From Jiangellaceae bacterium (GTDB lineage Bacteria; Actinomycetota; Actinomycetes; Jiangellales; Jiangellaceae), in contig DATFBR010000053.1 of NCBI GenBank assembly GCA_035253685.1, positions 1 through 38,345 of the forward strand: DNA of 38,345 bases. Reading direction: 5' to 3'. Position 1 is the first letter of the stretch; each line of letters begins with the position of its first letter. Both the position numbers and the translations under genes were made by a program. The notes beneath the pieces were generated by a model. It did no database searches. It saw only the letters and a list, made by a program, of their open reading frames with translations, and was not told where the DNA came from. Shown in pieces: positions 17,630 through 26,595 of this stretch.

Positions 17630-19978
17630 GTGACAGCGACAACAGAGAAGCCGCGCGTGCGACGAGCGAAGGCTCGCCGCGGGCTCACCATCGCGGCGGC
17701 ACTGACACTCACGGTGCCGGTGGCCGGCGCGGTCGGTTCGGTTGCACCGGCGGCCGCCCAGGGACCGGACGGATCCGGGTTGTTCGCTCCACTGGACCCG
17801 GAGGACTGGGTGAACCAGGCGGAGACGACCTGGGACGACTACGTCCCGGTGCCGGGAAAGCCGGCCGGCTGGGCCGACGGCTCGATCCAGGGCAGCGTGC
17901 AGGACTTCAAGGCGGCCGTCGTGCTGGTCGACTTCGAGGACCAGCCGTTCCTGATCACCCAGCCGACCGGCTCGCACATCTTCGGCAACCCGCAGAGCGG
18001 CCACACGCCGGTCTCACGGGACGAGGCCGCGGCCTGGTTCAACGACTACCTGAACACTCCGAACGAGTCGAACCACGGCCACACGATCACCGAGTGGTGG
18101 ATGGAGAACTCCAACGGCCGGTACTCCGTGTCGACGACCGCGTTCGGCCCCTACCTGCTGCCGGGCAAGATGCACGAGTACGGGCTGTCCGGCTTCGCAC
18201 CGGTGACCGGTGAGAACTCGGTCTGCCCGGCCGGCGATACGTGCACCAAGAGCATCCGCACCGACGGCTTCGCGGCCTGGTTCGCCGACCAGGGCGCCGA
18301 AATCGCCGACCAGTTCGACGTGCTGTTCTGGGTGACCGCCGGGCACGACGAGTCGTCGACCTGGCAGGAGTTCGGTGAGATGATCTTCCAGACCCAGGAC
18401 GACGTCCCGGCCACCTTCGGGCCGCCCGGCGCCGAGCAGGGACCGGTCTTCAACGCCGCCGGCAACCAGATCTTCAACTGGTCGCCCACCCGGTACGTGC
18501 CCTGGACCTCGTGGCGCGCGGCTGCCAACCAGTGGCCCAACGCCAGCGGGCAGGGAGGCCTGCCCAACTCCACCCAGGCCGAGAGCAGCGGCCAAGGCAC
18601 GTTCCAGCACGAGATGTCACACCTGCTCGGCATCGGCGACAACTACAACAACCCGTTCGCGACCAACGTGATCCGCGCCTACTCCGGTTACTGGGACATG
18701 CTGAGCAGGGGCACGTTCAACGGACCCGGCGGGACCCACAACCGCTGGAAGATCCCGAACGCCGGCGGCTCGGCGATGGGGTCGCAGTTCACGCTGCGGA
18801 ACAAGATGGAGCTCGGGCTGCTCAACCCTGAACAGGTCCTCCAGTTGAACCGCGACGAGCTGGCCGGTCAGGGGATCGCCACCGCGACCGTCATGGCGAG
18901 ATCCGTCCAGCGGCTGGACATGCTGGCCGGCATCAACGTTGTCATGGGCACGGGCACCGGCTCGGCCTCGGGCGACCTGTCCGACTGTGTCGAGGAGGGA
19001 TACGTCGGCGACCGGGCCTGGCTCTGCGACCGTGGCGGATACAACAACTACACCGTCGAGGTCGTCGACCAGATGGGGGCGGACTCGTTCACCCCGTCCT
19101 CCGGCGTCCACATCGCCAAGACGAAGAACCGGGACAACGCCCCGTTCGTCTGGTCGATCGACGCCCAGCCGGAGGACATCGGGATGGTCGACTTCTACCG
19201 GCCGGACGGCACGCCGGCGATGGTGACGCTGGGCGACCCGCGCCAGACCAACGACGCGCTGTTCCGCGCCGGAACCGACTCGGGCAGTGAGTTCGAGCAC
19301 GTCGAGGAGGCGAACCGGCTGCACTTCTACGTGCTCAACCGGCGCCACACCGCCGACGGCGTCCTGCTCTACGACGTCGCGGTGCGGAACCTGGACGGCG
19401 CCGGCGACTTCCAGCGCGCCGTCTCGGTCGAGCAGCCCGAGCACTATGCCGTAGGCGCAGACACGGCACTGGTGCGGCTGCCGGTGACCAACACCGGCGA
19501 AGCGGGCAGCGGCGTCTTCGGGTCCGACGTCTACCGGATCACCTCGTCGATCGAGGGCGACGGATGGAGCGTGTGGCAGCCCAACGAGCTCGCTGCCGTG
19601 GCGGCCGCAGGCACCGCGACGGTACCGGCGTTCGCAACCGCGGCCGACGGTGCGTCCGAGACGGCGATACTGACGATGACGGCGACCAGCGAGTCGGATC
19701 CGTCGGCGACCGTCACCGTCACCGTCGAGCTCAACAGCACGGACGCGAAGGTGTCCTTCGACAGCACCGAGGCGCTCATCGAGGCCTACTTCGCCGACGG
19801 CCTCCTGACCGGTGAGCAGCGAGACGAGTTGCTCAACTACCTGCAGATCATCGAGCGTGACCGCGGTCAGAGCGCCGAGCACGGGTTGAGGCTGTTCACC
19901 GAGCTGGCGGGCCAGGTGGCGGATGCGCAGACACGGGCGGTGCTCTTGTCGATCGCGGAGGCCATGACGCCCGCGTAG
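17630..19978 (+). CDS. Secreted M6-like (immune inhibitor A-like) metallopeptidase
   Basis: GTG 17630 follows GGAGG. The N-terminus RRAKARRGLTIAAALTLTVPVAGAVGSVAPAAAQG is a signal peptide, possibly Tat (RRGL). HEMSHLLGIGDNY (from 18608) fits the M6 HExxHxxGxxDxY pattern. 782 aa. Confidence 0.72.
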   Translation: MTATTEKPRVRRAKARRGLTIAAALTLTVPVAGAVGSVAPAAAQGPDGSGLFAPLDPEDWVNQAETTWDDYVPVPGKPAGWADGSIQGSVQDFKAAVVLVDFEDQPFLITQPTGSHIFGNPQSGHTPVSRDEAAAWFNDYLNTPNESNHGHTITEWWMENSNGRYSVSTTAFGPYLLPGKMHEYGLSGFAPVTGENSVCPAGDTCTKSIRTDGFAAWFADQGAEIADQFDVLFWVTAGHDESSTWQEFGEMIFQTQDDVPATFGPPGAEQGPVFNAAGNQIFNWSPTRYVPWTSWRAAANQWPNASGQGGLPNSTQAESSGQGTFQHEMSHLLGIGDNYNNPFATNVIRAYSGYWDMLSRGTFNGPGGTHNRWKIPNAGGSAMGSQFTLRNKMELGLLNPEQVLQLNRDELAGQGIATATVMARSVQRLDMLAGINVVMGTGTGSASGDLSDCVEEGYVGDRAWLCDRGGYNNYTVEVVDQMGADSFTPSSGVHIAKTKNRDNAPFVWSIDAQPEDIGMVDFYRPDGTPAMVTLGDPRQTNDALFRAGTDSGSEFEHVEEANRLHFYVLNRRHTADGVLLYDVAVRNLDGAGDFQRAVSVEQPEHYAVGADTALVRLPVTNTGEAGSGVFGSDVYRITSSIEGDGWSVWQPNELAAVAAAGTATVPAFATAADGASETAILTMTATSESDPSATVTVTVELNSTDAKVSFDSTEALIEAYFADGLLTGEQRDELLNYLQIIERDRGQSAEHGLRLFTELAGQVADAQTRAVLLSIAEAMTPA

Positions 19979-19986
19979 CACCCGCG

Positions 19987-20031
19987 CCGCGGGTGGAGGC
20001 AGGGTGCCCCCCTCCCCGCCTCCACCCGCGG
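19987..20031 (+). terminator. Strong GC hairpin directly after the M6-like peptidase stop (intrinsic-terminator-like)
   Basis: CCGCGGGTGGAGGC (19987-20000) and GCCTCCACCCGCGG (20018-20031) form a perfect 14-bp stem with a 17-nt loop. It begins 9 nt after TAG 19978. No clear U-tract, which is common in high-GC actinobacteria. Confidence 0.6.
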
Positions 20032-20256
20032 GCACGTCCGTCGGCGGCGACGAGCAGCTGGTCGCCAGGGCCCGGTCGATCGGCAAGGTCGGCATGACCG
20101 GAAGGAACGTCATACAACGGCACGCTTCCGCTGGCGGCGGGGACGACCGGCGTCCAGGGGGCCACGTGACGACTCCGGTGCGGGCATGATGCCGCCGTGG
20201 CGTCCAACCCTGTCGGTCACCGCGCCCGACCGCTGCGGCGCCGAGCCGGTGCTCTC

Positions 20257-20822
20257 GTGAAGCGCTACGGCCCCATGGCACTGGCGATCGCGGCCGTGCT
20301 GGCGGCGTGTTCGAACCTGTCCGGCGAGGGACCCGACCGGGCGGCATCGGTGCCTGGCCCGGTACCAGGCGAGGTCACCTTCGCCGCCCCACCCGCGCAT
20401 GCGCCGCCGGCACCCTCGTTCGAGCTCCCGTTGCTGGACGGCGGGTCCGTTGACACGGCGGACGAGTCGGAGCAACGCCCGATCGTCCTGGTCTTCTTCG
20501 AGACGCGGTGCGAGCAGTGCCGCACACAGCAGCGCGAGATCAACGCGGTGGCGGAGGAGTTCGGCGACATAGTGCTCTTCGTCGGAGTCGCGGGCAGGTC
20601 GGAACCCGAGGACCTACGGGCGTACGTGACCGAGAACGAGATCACCTATCCGGTCGGCGCCGACACTGACGGCGACATCTGGCTGCAATACGCCGTCGAG
20701 GAGCCTCCGCTGGTCGTGCTGGTCAGCCGGGGCGGCCGGCTGGTGCGTGGCTGGCCCGGGGGGTTGCCGGGCCAGCCCTACGCGACCAGATCGATCAGAT
20801 GGTGCTCGCTCCGACGCCCTGA
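20257..20822 (+). pseudogene. TlpA/ResA-like thioredoxin-fold lipoprotein, apparent -1 frameshift in a G6 run near the 3' end
   Basis: VKRYGPMALAIAAVLAACS carries a lipobox. The CxxC motif is FFETRCEQC (20509-20520). The thioredoxin-like sequence is good up to ...LVSRGGRLVRGWPGG. After G6 (20758-20763) the current frame turns into antisense-type junk for 2 kb. The frame reached by adding one G reads VAGPALRDQIDQMVLAPTP* and stops at TGA 20820-20822, 4 nt before the convergent gene's stop. Confidence 0.65.
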
Positions 20823-20826
20823 TCCC

Positions 20827-22731
20827 TCACAATCCGGCTGCTACGGCAGCGCGACGTCCACCGACCACCGGCAGCTCGATCCGGCTGCTGTCGAAATGAA
20901 CGGTGATTGCGGCCTCGTTGCGGTCCGGCGTGCTGGTGTAGCCGGAGTAGGAGCCGAGGACGACCACGCCGATCTGGTGGCCCTGATGGAAGACGTAGTC
21001 CTCGGGAAGCAGAGTGATGTCGGGTGTGTACCTCAGACCCGGCACCAGCGGCGTCGACACCTGCAGCGAGTCGATGTTCTGAGCGTCGAGCACGCCCTTT
21101 GCGACCAGCTCCAGCGGTTCGGTCGAGACCCTCGTCTCGGTCTGCCGGTAGCAGGCCTCCTCGGCATAGCCTCCGAAGACCGCCTCCGCACCCCAGCAGT
21201 CCTCGGTCTCGAGGGTGCTGATGCCGTCGCTGATGAGCTGGAACCGTTCCCTCGCCCCGTAGTCCACGAGGACACCGGCGAAGTTGGTGTCGACGTCGTC
21301 GACGGAAGCCTTCACCGCGACGACAGGTGTCCCGGACATGTGCAACGGCGCCGTCAGCGGATCGGACAGGAACACCAGCCGGTTCGTGGTGTTCGCCAAC
21401 GGATCCGTCGGGTGCCGGGTGGCGTTGGTCTGGCTCATCGAGGGTGTGTCCTGGAAGGTGGCGAACGCATTCCCGCCCGGTGGCTCGAGGGCGAGGCCGC
21501 CGACGCCGCCGGTGGCCGGCTGCAGGTAGACCATCGTCGGCTGCGTGGACCGAAGCGGCCAGGTGTCATGGGTCTCGAAGACGCCCGCCGACCGCTCGAT
21601 GTCGACCATCGGTTCGTCCATGATCCCGTTGTCGATGTCATGCAGCCAGTAGTCGAACCACCGGTGGATCGTCGCGACCCATTCCGCCCGGCGGAAGTCG
21701 AACGGGTCGACGTGCCCGGTGCCGGTCAGCCAGAGCTTGCGCGGAACCTCGTTCTCGGCCAGGGCGTACCACCACTTGCTGAAGTGGTCCGGCCGGACAT
21801 TGTTGTCGTTGACCCCGTGGATCACGAAGACGCTGGCGTTGACGTTCCCGGCGTCCGGGACATAGTCGCGCTCGGCCCAAAAGTCGTTGTAGTCACCGGT
21901 CGCGTCATCGACACCGGCACCCAGTTGTGCACGCACCGGCGCGCAGTACGCCCTCCGGTCGGGGTTCGTCACCGTGTTCGACAAGCTCCCCGAGTAGTTG
22001 TTCCCACGCGTGACGATGCCGTTGCTGCGGGAGTAGTCGTACCAGCTGGAGATCGCCGAGATCGGCACGATCGTCGTCAGGCCCTCGACGCCGGTGGCAG
22101 CCGCGGCGTTGGCCAACGTGCCGTCGTACGACTTGCCGATCATGCCGGTATTACCGTTGTGCCAGTCGGCCACCACCGGGTTCCCTTCACCGTCGACGGC
22201 CGGTCGGCGCCCGTTGAGCCAGTCGATGGCCGTGACCGCGCTGATGTTGTCGGCCGTGCCGCCGGTGACCGGACAGCCGGTGGAGTTGTTGGTCCCGATC
22301 ATGTCGAGGAGGATCACGGCGTAGCCGCGCGGGACGAAGTAGTTGTCGTAGAACAATGGCCACTGGTCGTTGAGACCGTCGCCGTCGAGATCCTGTTTGC
22401 ACTCGCTGTCGTTACCGCGGCAGACGGTCGAGAAGTACGGACTGGCGTCCATGACGACCGGGACCTGCAGACCCGCCTCGCTCGCCTGCGGTCGGATGAT
22501 GTCCATGGCGACGACGTCGTGCAGCCCATCGCTGTCGGTATCCACGTCGGACTCCACGAAGACCCGCTCGCGGACGGCGTCGGCATATCCGAACACCGGC
22601 TGAGTGACGCCGTCCTCGACGACGAGTTCCGGCAGCTCCTGCGCGGCCACAGGGACTGCCAAGGCGGCGATCAGACCGCCCGATGCCATCACGACGGCAC
22701 CTCGGCGCATTGTGATCACGATGCTTTGCAC
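20827..22731 (-). CDS. Secreted Xaa-Pro dipeptidyl-peptidase (S15 / CocE-NonD family)
   Basis: PVVMDASPYF...YFVPRGYAVILLDMIGT...GKSYDGTLANAAA (nucleophile GxSYxG)...VFVIHGVNDNNV match the family. The signal peptide ends AVPVAAQE. Start is GTG 22731 (GGAGGG 3-4 nt upstream) or ATG 22710. The ORF-track start at 22815 is unlikely. Confidence 0.87.
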   Translation of the reverse strand: MQSIVITMRRGAVVMASGGLIAALAVPVAAQELPELVVEDGVTQPVFGYADAVRERVFVESDVDTDSDGLHDVVAMDIIRPQASEAGLQVPVVMDASPYFSTVCRGNDSECKQDLDGDGLNDQWPLFYDNYFVPRGYAVILLDMIGTNNSTGCPVTGGTADNISAVTAIDWLNGRRPAVDGEGNPVVADWHNGNTGMIGKSYDGTLANAAAATGVEGLTTIVPISAISSWYDYSRSNGIVTRGNNYSGSLSNTVTNPDRRAYCAPVRAQLGAGVDDATGDYNDFWAERDYVPDAGNVNASVFVIHGVNDNNVRPDHFSKWWYALAENEVPRKLWLTGTGHVDPFDFRRAEWVATIHRWFDYWLHDIDNGIMDEPMVDIERSAGVFETHDTWPLRSTQPTMVYLQPATGGVGGLALEPPGGNAFATFQDTPSMSQTNATRHPTDPLANTTNRLVFLSDPLTAPLHMSGTPVVAVKASVDDVDTNFAGVLVDYGARERFQLISDGISTLETEDCWGAEAVFGGYAEEACYRQTETRVSTEPLELVAKGVLDAQNIDSLQVSTPLVPGLRYTPDITLLPEDYVFHQGHQIGVVVLGSYSGYTSTPDRNEAAITVHFDSSRIELPVVGGRRAAVAAGL

Positions 22732-22893
22732 GGACCCTCCTCTGCCGAGTTGCCGCGTCGAGCGGCGGTCCGGACCCTTTCGCCGACGGTATTCAGTTCT
22801 TTGATTGCCGGTCATCGGGCATATGCAGGAAAACTCCGGTATGGATACCTACGTATGTCGCGAGAAATCGAAGCCGGGTAATGGCTGTGACGC

Positions 22894-24357
22894 TCATCCG
22901 GTCCGAATGGGCTGCAACATGCCGTTCACGCGCCGTGGAACACCGGTGGGGTTGTCGTCGCGTAGCTCCGGTGGCAGCACATGGGCGGGTGCGTTCTGGT
23001 AACTGATCGGTCGCAGCCAGCGGCGGATCGAGGCGGCGCCGACCGAGGTTTGTCCGATGTTCGTGGTGGCCGGGTGAGGACCGCCGTGGTGCATGGCCCA
23101 CGCGACGGCGACACCGGTCGGATACCCGTCGAAGATCAGCCGCCCGGCCCGGCCGCGCAGGGCCTCGTGCAGCCGTGCGATCAGATGGGTCTCATCCGTG
23201 CCGGCGTGCACCGTCGCCGTGAGCTGACCGCCGACGCGGGCGAAGACGGTCACCAGCTCGTCGAGATCGGTGTACCCGGCGACCAGTGCCGTCGGCCCGA
23301 AGCTCTCCACGAGCAGGTCGTCGTCGAGATCCGATGCAGCGACCTCGAATACGATCGCCGCGCCGTCTCGCGGACCACGATCGCCGGGTGCCGCCTCCCC
23401 GAGCATCGTCAGCCGGCCGTCGGAACGCTTTCGAGTGACGTCGGCATCGAACGCGTCGTGGATGGAGCTGGTGAGCATGACCCCGGTCGGGGCCTGGCGT
23501 ACGGCGTTGGCGAGCGCACCGCGCAGCCGGGCACCGCCAGCACCGGAGGGCAGGAAGAGCAACCCCGGTTTCGTGCAGAACTGGCCGGTGCCCAAGGTCA
23601 TCGACGCGACGAAGCCCTGGGCGATCTCCTCGGCCCGTTGCGACGCCGCGCCGGGAGTGACGACGAGCGGGTTCAGGCTGCCGAGCTCGCCGTAGAACGG
23701 GATGGGTTGGGAACGGTCCGCTGCGAGCTTCTGCAGAGCGTGGCCACCTGCGGTGGAGCCGGTGAATCCGACCGCTGCGATCGCCGGGTGACGCACCAGC
23801 GCCGCGCCGGCCCGGAGTCCCTCGACCAGCCCCAGCGTGCCGGCCTGCATGCCGTGCGCGACGATGGCCTCCCGCATGATCGTCCAGCAGAGGCGACTGG
23901 TGTCCGGGTGTGCGGGATGCGACTTGACCACCACGGGACAGCCCGCTGCGAGGGCGGAGGCGGTGTCGCCGCCGGGCACGCTGAAGGCGAGCGGGAAGTT
24001 GCTCGCACCGAACACCGCGACCGGGCCGAGTGGCACGAGCATCCGCCGCAGGTCCGGCCGCGGGCCCATCGGCGTCGCGGCGGGCAGGTCGATGGTCGCC
24101 TCCAGGTACGAGCCTTCCCGGAGGACCTCACCGAAGAGCCGCAGCTGGTAACAGGTGCGGGTCAGTTCCTGCGACAGCCGGCCGTCGCCGAGGGACGTCT
24201 CGCGGTCCGCAGTGGTGACGATCGCCGTGCGGGCATCTTCCAACGCACCGGCGAGACTGTCGAGCAGGCTCGCGCGGTCGTGCCGGCCCAGAGCTTCCAG
24301 AGCCGGTGCAGCCGCAGCGGTGGCCCGGACTATCGCATCGACCTCTGCGGCGTCCAC
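22894..24357 (-). CDS. NADP-dependent aldehyde dehydrogenase, probable 2,5-dioxopentanoate (alpha-ketoglutaric semialdehyde) dehydrogenase
   Basis: 487 aa. ALDH motifs FTGSTAGG, YGELGSLNP (general base Glu) and GTGQFCTKPG (catalytic Cys) are present. Substrate is assigned from the hydroxyproline gene context only. GTG start without an obvious SD. Confidence 0.82.
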   Translation of the reverse strand: MDAAEVDAIVRATAAAAPALEALGRHDRASLLDSLAGALEDARTAIVTTADRETSLGDGRLSQELTRTCYQLRLFGEVLREGSYLEATIDLPAATPMGPRPDLRRMLVPLGPVAVFGASNFPLAFSVPGGDTASALAAGCPVVVKSHPAHPDTSRLCWTIMREAIVAHGMQAGTLGLVEGLRAGAALVRHPAIAAVGFTGSTAGGHALQKLAADRSQPIPFYGELGSLNPLVVTPGAASQRAEEIAQGFVASMTLGTGQFCTKPGLLFLPSGAGGARLRGALANAVRQAPTGVMLTSSIHDAFDADVTRKRSDGRLTMLGEAAPGDRGPRDGAAIVFEVAASDLDDDLLVESFGPTALVAGYTDLDELVTVFARVGGQLTATVHAGTDETHLIARLHEALRGRAGRLIFDGYPTGVAVAWAMHHGGPHPATTNIGQTSVGAASIRRWLRPISYQNAPAHVLPPELRDDNPTGVPRRVNGMLQPIRTG

Positions 24358-24375
24358 GCTGAGCCGAGGGACGGA

Positions 24376-25752
24376 CTACGAGAGGGAGCCGGCGAGCCCG
24401 GCTCTGGCGGCCTTGCCTCTGACGGACCTTCCCCTGACCAGGGTGAGACGCGGACCCGGGGGTGGCGGGATCGGCTGGGGATGATCGACAGTCTCCGGTG
24501 GTGCGGAGAACGGACGCACGGGCCGCCCCGCCGCCGCGTGCCGCGGTGCGTAATGACCGGTCAACCGGGCGACCTTGAGCGCCAGGTGAAGCGCGAGGCG
24601 CTCAGTGCCGTTCTTCAGGTCGGTGCCGGCCAGTTGTTCCACGCGCTGCAGCCGGTAATAGAGCGAGGTTCGATGGAGCTTGAGACGCTCGGCCGTGACC
24701 TGGGCATTGCCGGCCACGTCGAGATAGGTCTCCAACGTCTCGACCAACGGAAGCGCCTCCGGTGTGTCGAGCAGACGCCGCAGTCCCGCGTGCACCACCG
24801 GCGGATCGGCCATGGACGCGAGCTTGACCACGATCTGATCCACGCCGAGCCGGGCCCAGTACACCGTGTCGTCCATGCCGGGAAGGGCCGTGGCGGCATC
24901 GACGGCCATGCGGGCCTCGCGGTAGGACTCGACGGCATCGTCGACCCTGGCCCGGTGGCCTCCGACACCCACCACCAGGGTCGCGGCGGGGGCGGAGGCG
25001 GCGAGCTGGGACCGGGCCGACTCGCGAAGGGATTCCACCCTGGCCCTCAGCTCGGCGTCGTCGTCGCCGGCCGCCGCCATGATCAGCACGCAGTGGTCGC
25101 GGCGGACTAGTGGCAGGACCTCCCCGCGGCGGAGCAGTCGGGGCGAGTCGGCCAGCGCCTGGTTGAGGCAGTCCTCGACGTCGACCGGGCCGGGTTGCGC
25201 CGACAGGACCCGGATCACCACGGCGACGATGCCGTCGGGCGCAAGAATGTCCCCGTCGTCGACCAGGCCGCGGGCAGCGTCGGCGGCCATGGGGGAGTCG
25301 GTGAGCAGGATCTGCAACGCATCGGTCAGGCGGGTCGCCGAGAACAGATGGGCGATGCTCTCGCGGTGCAGCCGAGCCGCGAGCTCTGACGCCTCGGCCA
25401 CGCACACGTCGATCTCGGCAGCGGACATGGACTCGTCCGCATCGACGAACCAGAGGTGCCCCAGCAGCATGTCCTTGTGGAGGACGGGAATGCAGACGCG
25501 GGGGAGCATGTGGAGCTCGGCGTTGCCGGGCACGCGGACCGGGCGCCGGGCCCGATGGACACCGAAGGCGGCGAGCCACCGGCTGACCTCGGGTGATGCA
25601 TGCCGACGCAGGATCGATGCCTCCCGGACGTCATCGACGGGATCGTCGTGGGAGCTGTAGGCGAGCAGTCGCAGCAGCCGATCCTCGAGGAGCGCCGGAC
25701 GGCCGAGGCGATCAGCCAGCTGGTCCACCATGTGCTGCAAGGTGAGTTCCAC
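24376..25752 (-). CDS. PucR/CdaR-family transcriptional regulator
   Basis: 458 aa. The C-terminal HTH AERLKLHRTSLYYRLQRVEQLAGTDL is the PucR signature. GTG 25752 has GGAGG 5 nt upstream. It carries an unusual ~60-aa Pro/Arg-rich tail after the HTH. Confidence 0.82.
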   Translation of the reverse strand: MELTLQHMVDQLADRLGRPALLEDRLLRLLAYSSHDDPVDDVREASILRRHASPEVSRWLAAFGVHRARRPVRVPGNAELHMLPRVCIPVLHKDMLLGHLWFVDADESMSAAEIDVCVAEASELAARLHRESIAHLFSATRLTDALQILLTDSPMAADAARGLVDDGDILAPDGIVAVVIRVLSAQPGPVDVEDCLNQALADSPRLLRRGEVLPLVRRDHCVLIMAAAGDDDAELRARVESLRESARSQLAASAPAATLVVGVGGHRARVDDAVESYREARMAVDAATALPGMDDTVYWARLGVDQIVVKLASMADPPVVHAGLRRLLDTPEALPLVETLETYLDVAGNAQVTAERLKLHRTSLYYRLQRVEQLAGTDLKNGTERLALHLALKVARLTGHYAPRHAAAGRPVRPFSAPPETVDHPQPIPPPPGPRLTLVRGRSVRGKAARAGLAGSLS

Positions 25753-25802
25753 GTCGCCTCCACCGGGTGAGCGCGAGCCGGACCGTGCAGTTGCGAGCAG
25801 TA

Positions 25803-25812
25803 TGACATGTCA
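25803..25812. promoter_or_regulatory. Perfect 10-bp palindrome TGACATGTCA in the PucR-gene upstream region (candidate operator)
   Basis: Lies about 50 nt upstream of GTG 25752, in a locally AT-richer stretch (GCAGTATGACATGTCACATGCC). Confidence 0.3.
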
Positions 25813-25863
25813 CATGCCGGGATGGGAGTGAAAATGATCTTGCAGTCGACGGCCGATCCGTCC

Positions 25864-26538
25864 TCAGCGGGCGGTGCCGGCCCATTCACGCCGGACATGG
25901 CCGACGTGCGTGCGCACGAGATGCTTGAGGGCGGTGGCATCGCCGGCCGCGAGGTGCTCACACATGGTCAGGTGCTCGCTGGCGGTCGGGGTCAGGATGC
26001 CCCGCTCGACCAGTCCGGACAGGCCGTAGAGCCGGGTACGGGCGCGAAGGTCCTTCACGATCTCGACCAGCCGCTGGTTGCCGGCAAGCATGAGCAGGCG
26101 GGCGTGGAACTCGTGGTCCGCCTCGACGTAGCTGATCAGGTCCCCCACAGCGGCGGCGTCGACGATGGCGTCGGCAAGTGGCCGGAGCGCGGCCGCGTCG
26201 GCCGGTGAGGCCTTGCGAGCGGCCGTCGCGGCGGCCGGCGGCTCGAGCAGGAGTCGGATCTCGGTGAGCTGGTCGAGCTCGGCGTCGGAGATGCTGGTGA
26301 CCTGGAAGCCCTTGTTGGGCACGACCTCCACCAGGCCCTGCTTGGCCAGGTCGAGCATGGCCTCACGCACGGGGGTGGCGGAAACCCCGAACTGAGCGGC
26401 GAGCGTCGGCGCGGAGTAGAGGTGTCCCGGCTTCATCTCGCCGGACACCACGGCGGCCCGCAGCGCGTCGGCAACCTGCTCGCGCAGGCTCGTCCGGTGG
26501 GCGAACGAGGGGAGTGCCATCGAGACCGCTTCGGCCAT
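25864..26538 (-). CDS. GntR-family transcriptional regulator (FadR/FCD subfamily)
   Basis: 224 aa. The N-terminal wHTH is LREQVADALRAAVVSGEMKPGHLYSAPTLAAQFGVSATPVREAMLDLAKQGLVEV, followed by an all-helical FCD-like C-terminus. GGGGAGGTG RBS. Confidence 0.9.
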   Translation of the reverse strand: MAEAVSMALPSFAHRTSLREQVADALRAAVVSGEMKPGHLYSAPTLAAQFGVSATPVREAMLDLAKQGLVEVVPNKGFQVTSISDAELDQLTEIRLLLEPPAAATAARKASPADAAALRPLADAIVDAAAVGDLISYVEADHEFHARLLMLAGNQRLVEIVKDLRARTRLYGLSGLVERGILTPTASEHLTMCEHLAAGDATALKHLVRTHVGHVRREWAGTAR

Positions 26539-26595
26539 TGACCCACACCTCCCCTCGTTGCAGCGATCCTAAGCCGCGGCGTCTCGGCGTACCGG

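Noticed and set aside
20823-22881. The 3' two thirds of the 894-aa plus-strand ORF (20197..22881), as a possible giant novel protein
   Set aside because: It is antisense to a well-supported S15 peptidase gene. Its composition is the R/D/V/G/H-rich pattern typical of stop-free antisense frames in high-GC DNA. It exists only because the TlpA-like gene loses its stop through the G6-run frameshift.
24358-24560. The PucR ORF and the aldehyde dehydrogenase are in the same frame, separated only by TAG 24376-24378 plus 6 codons. The PucR protein also has a ~60-aa Pro/Arg-rich tail, so this might be a regulator-enzyme fusion or stop-codon read-through.
   Set aside because: Same-frame adjacency happens one time in three by chance. 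The tail and the 6-codon spacer do not resemble the N-terminal strand of ALDH homologues in any of the three frames I translated. The ALDH has all catalytic motifs from GTG 24357 onward. Worth a glance in read data, but there is no positive evidence.
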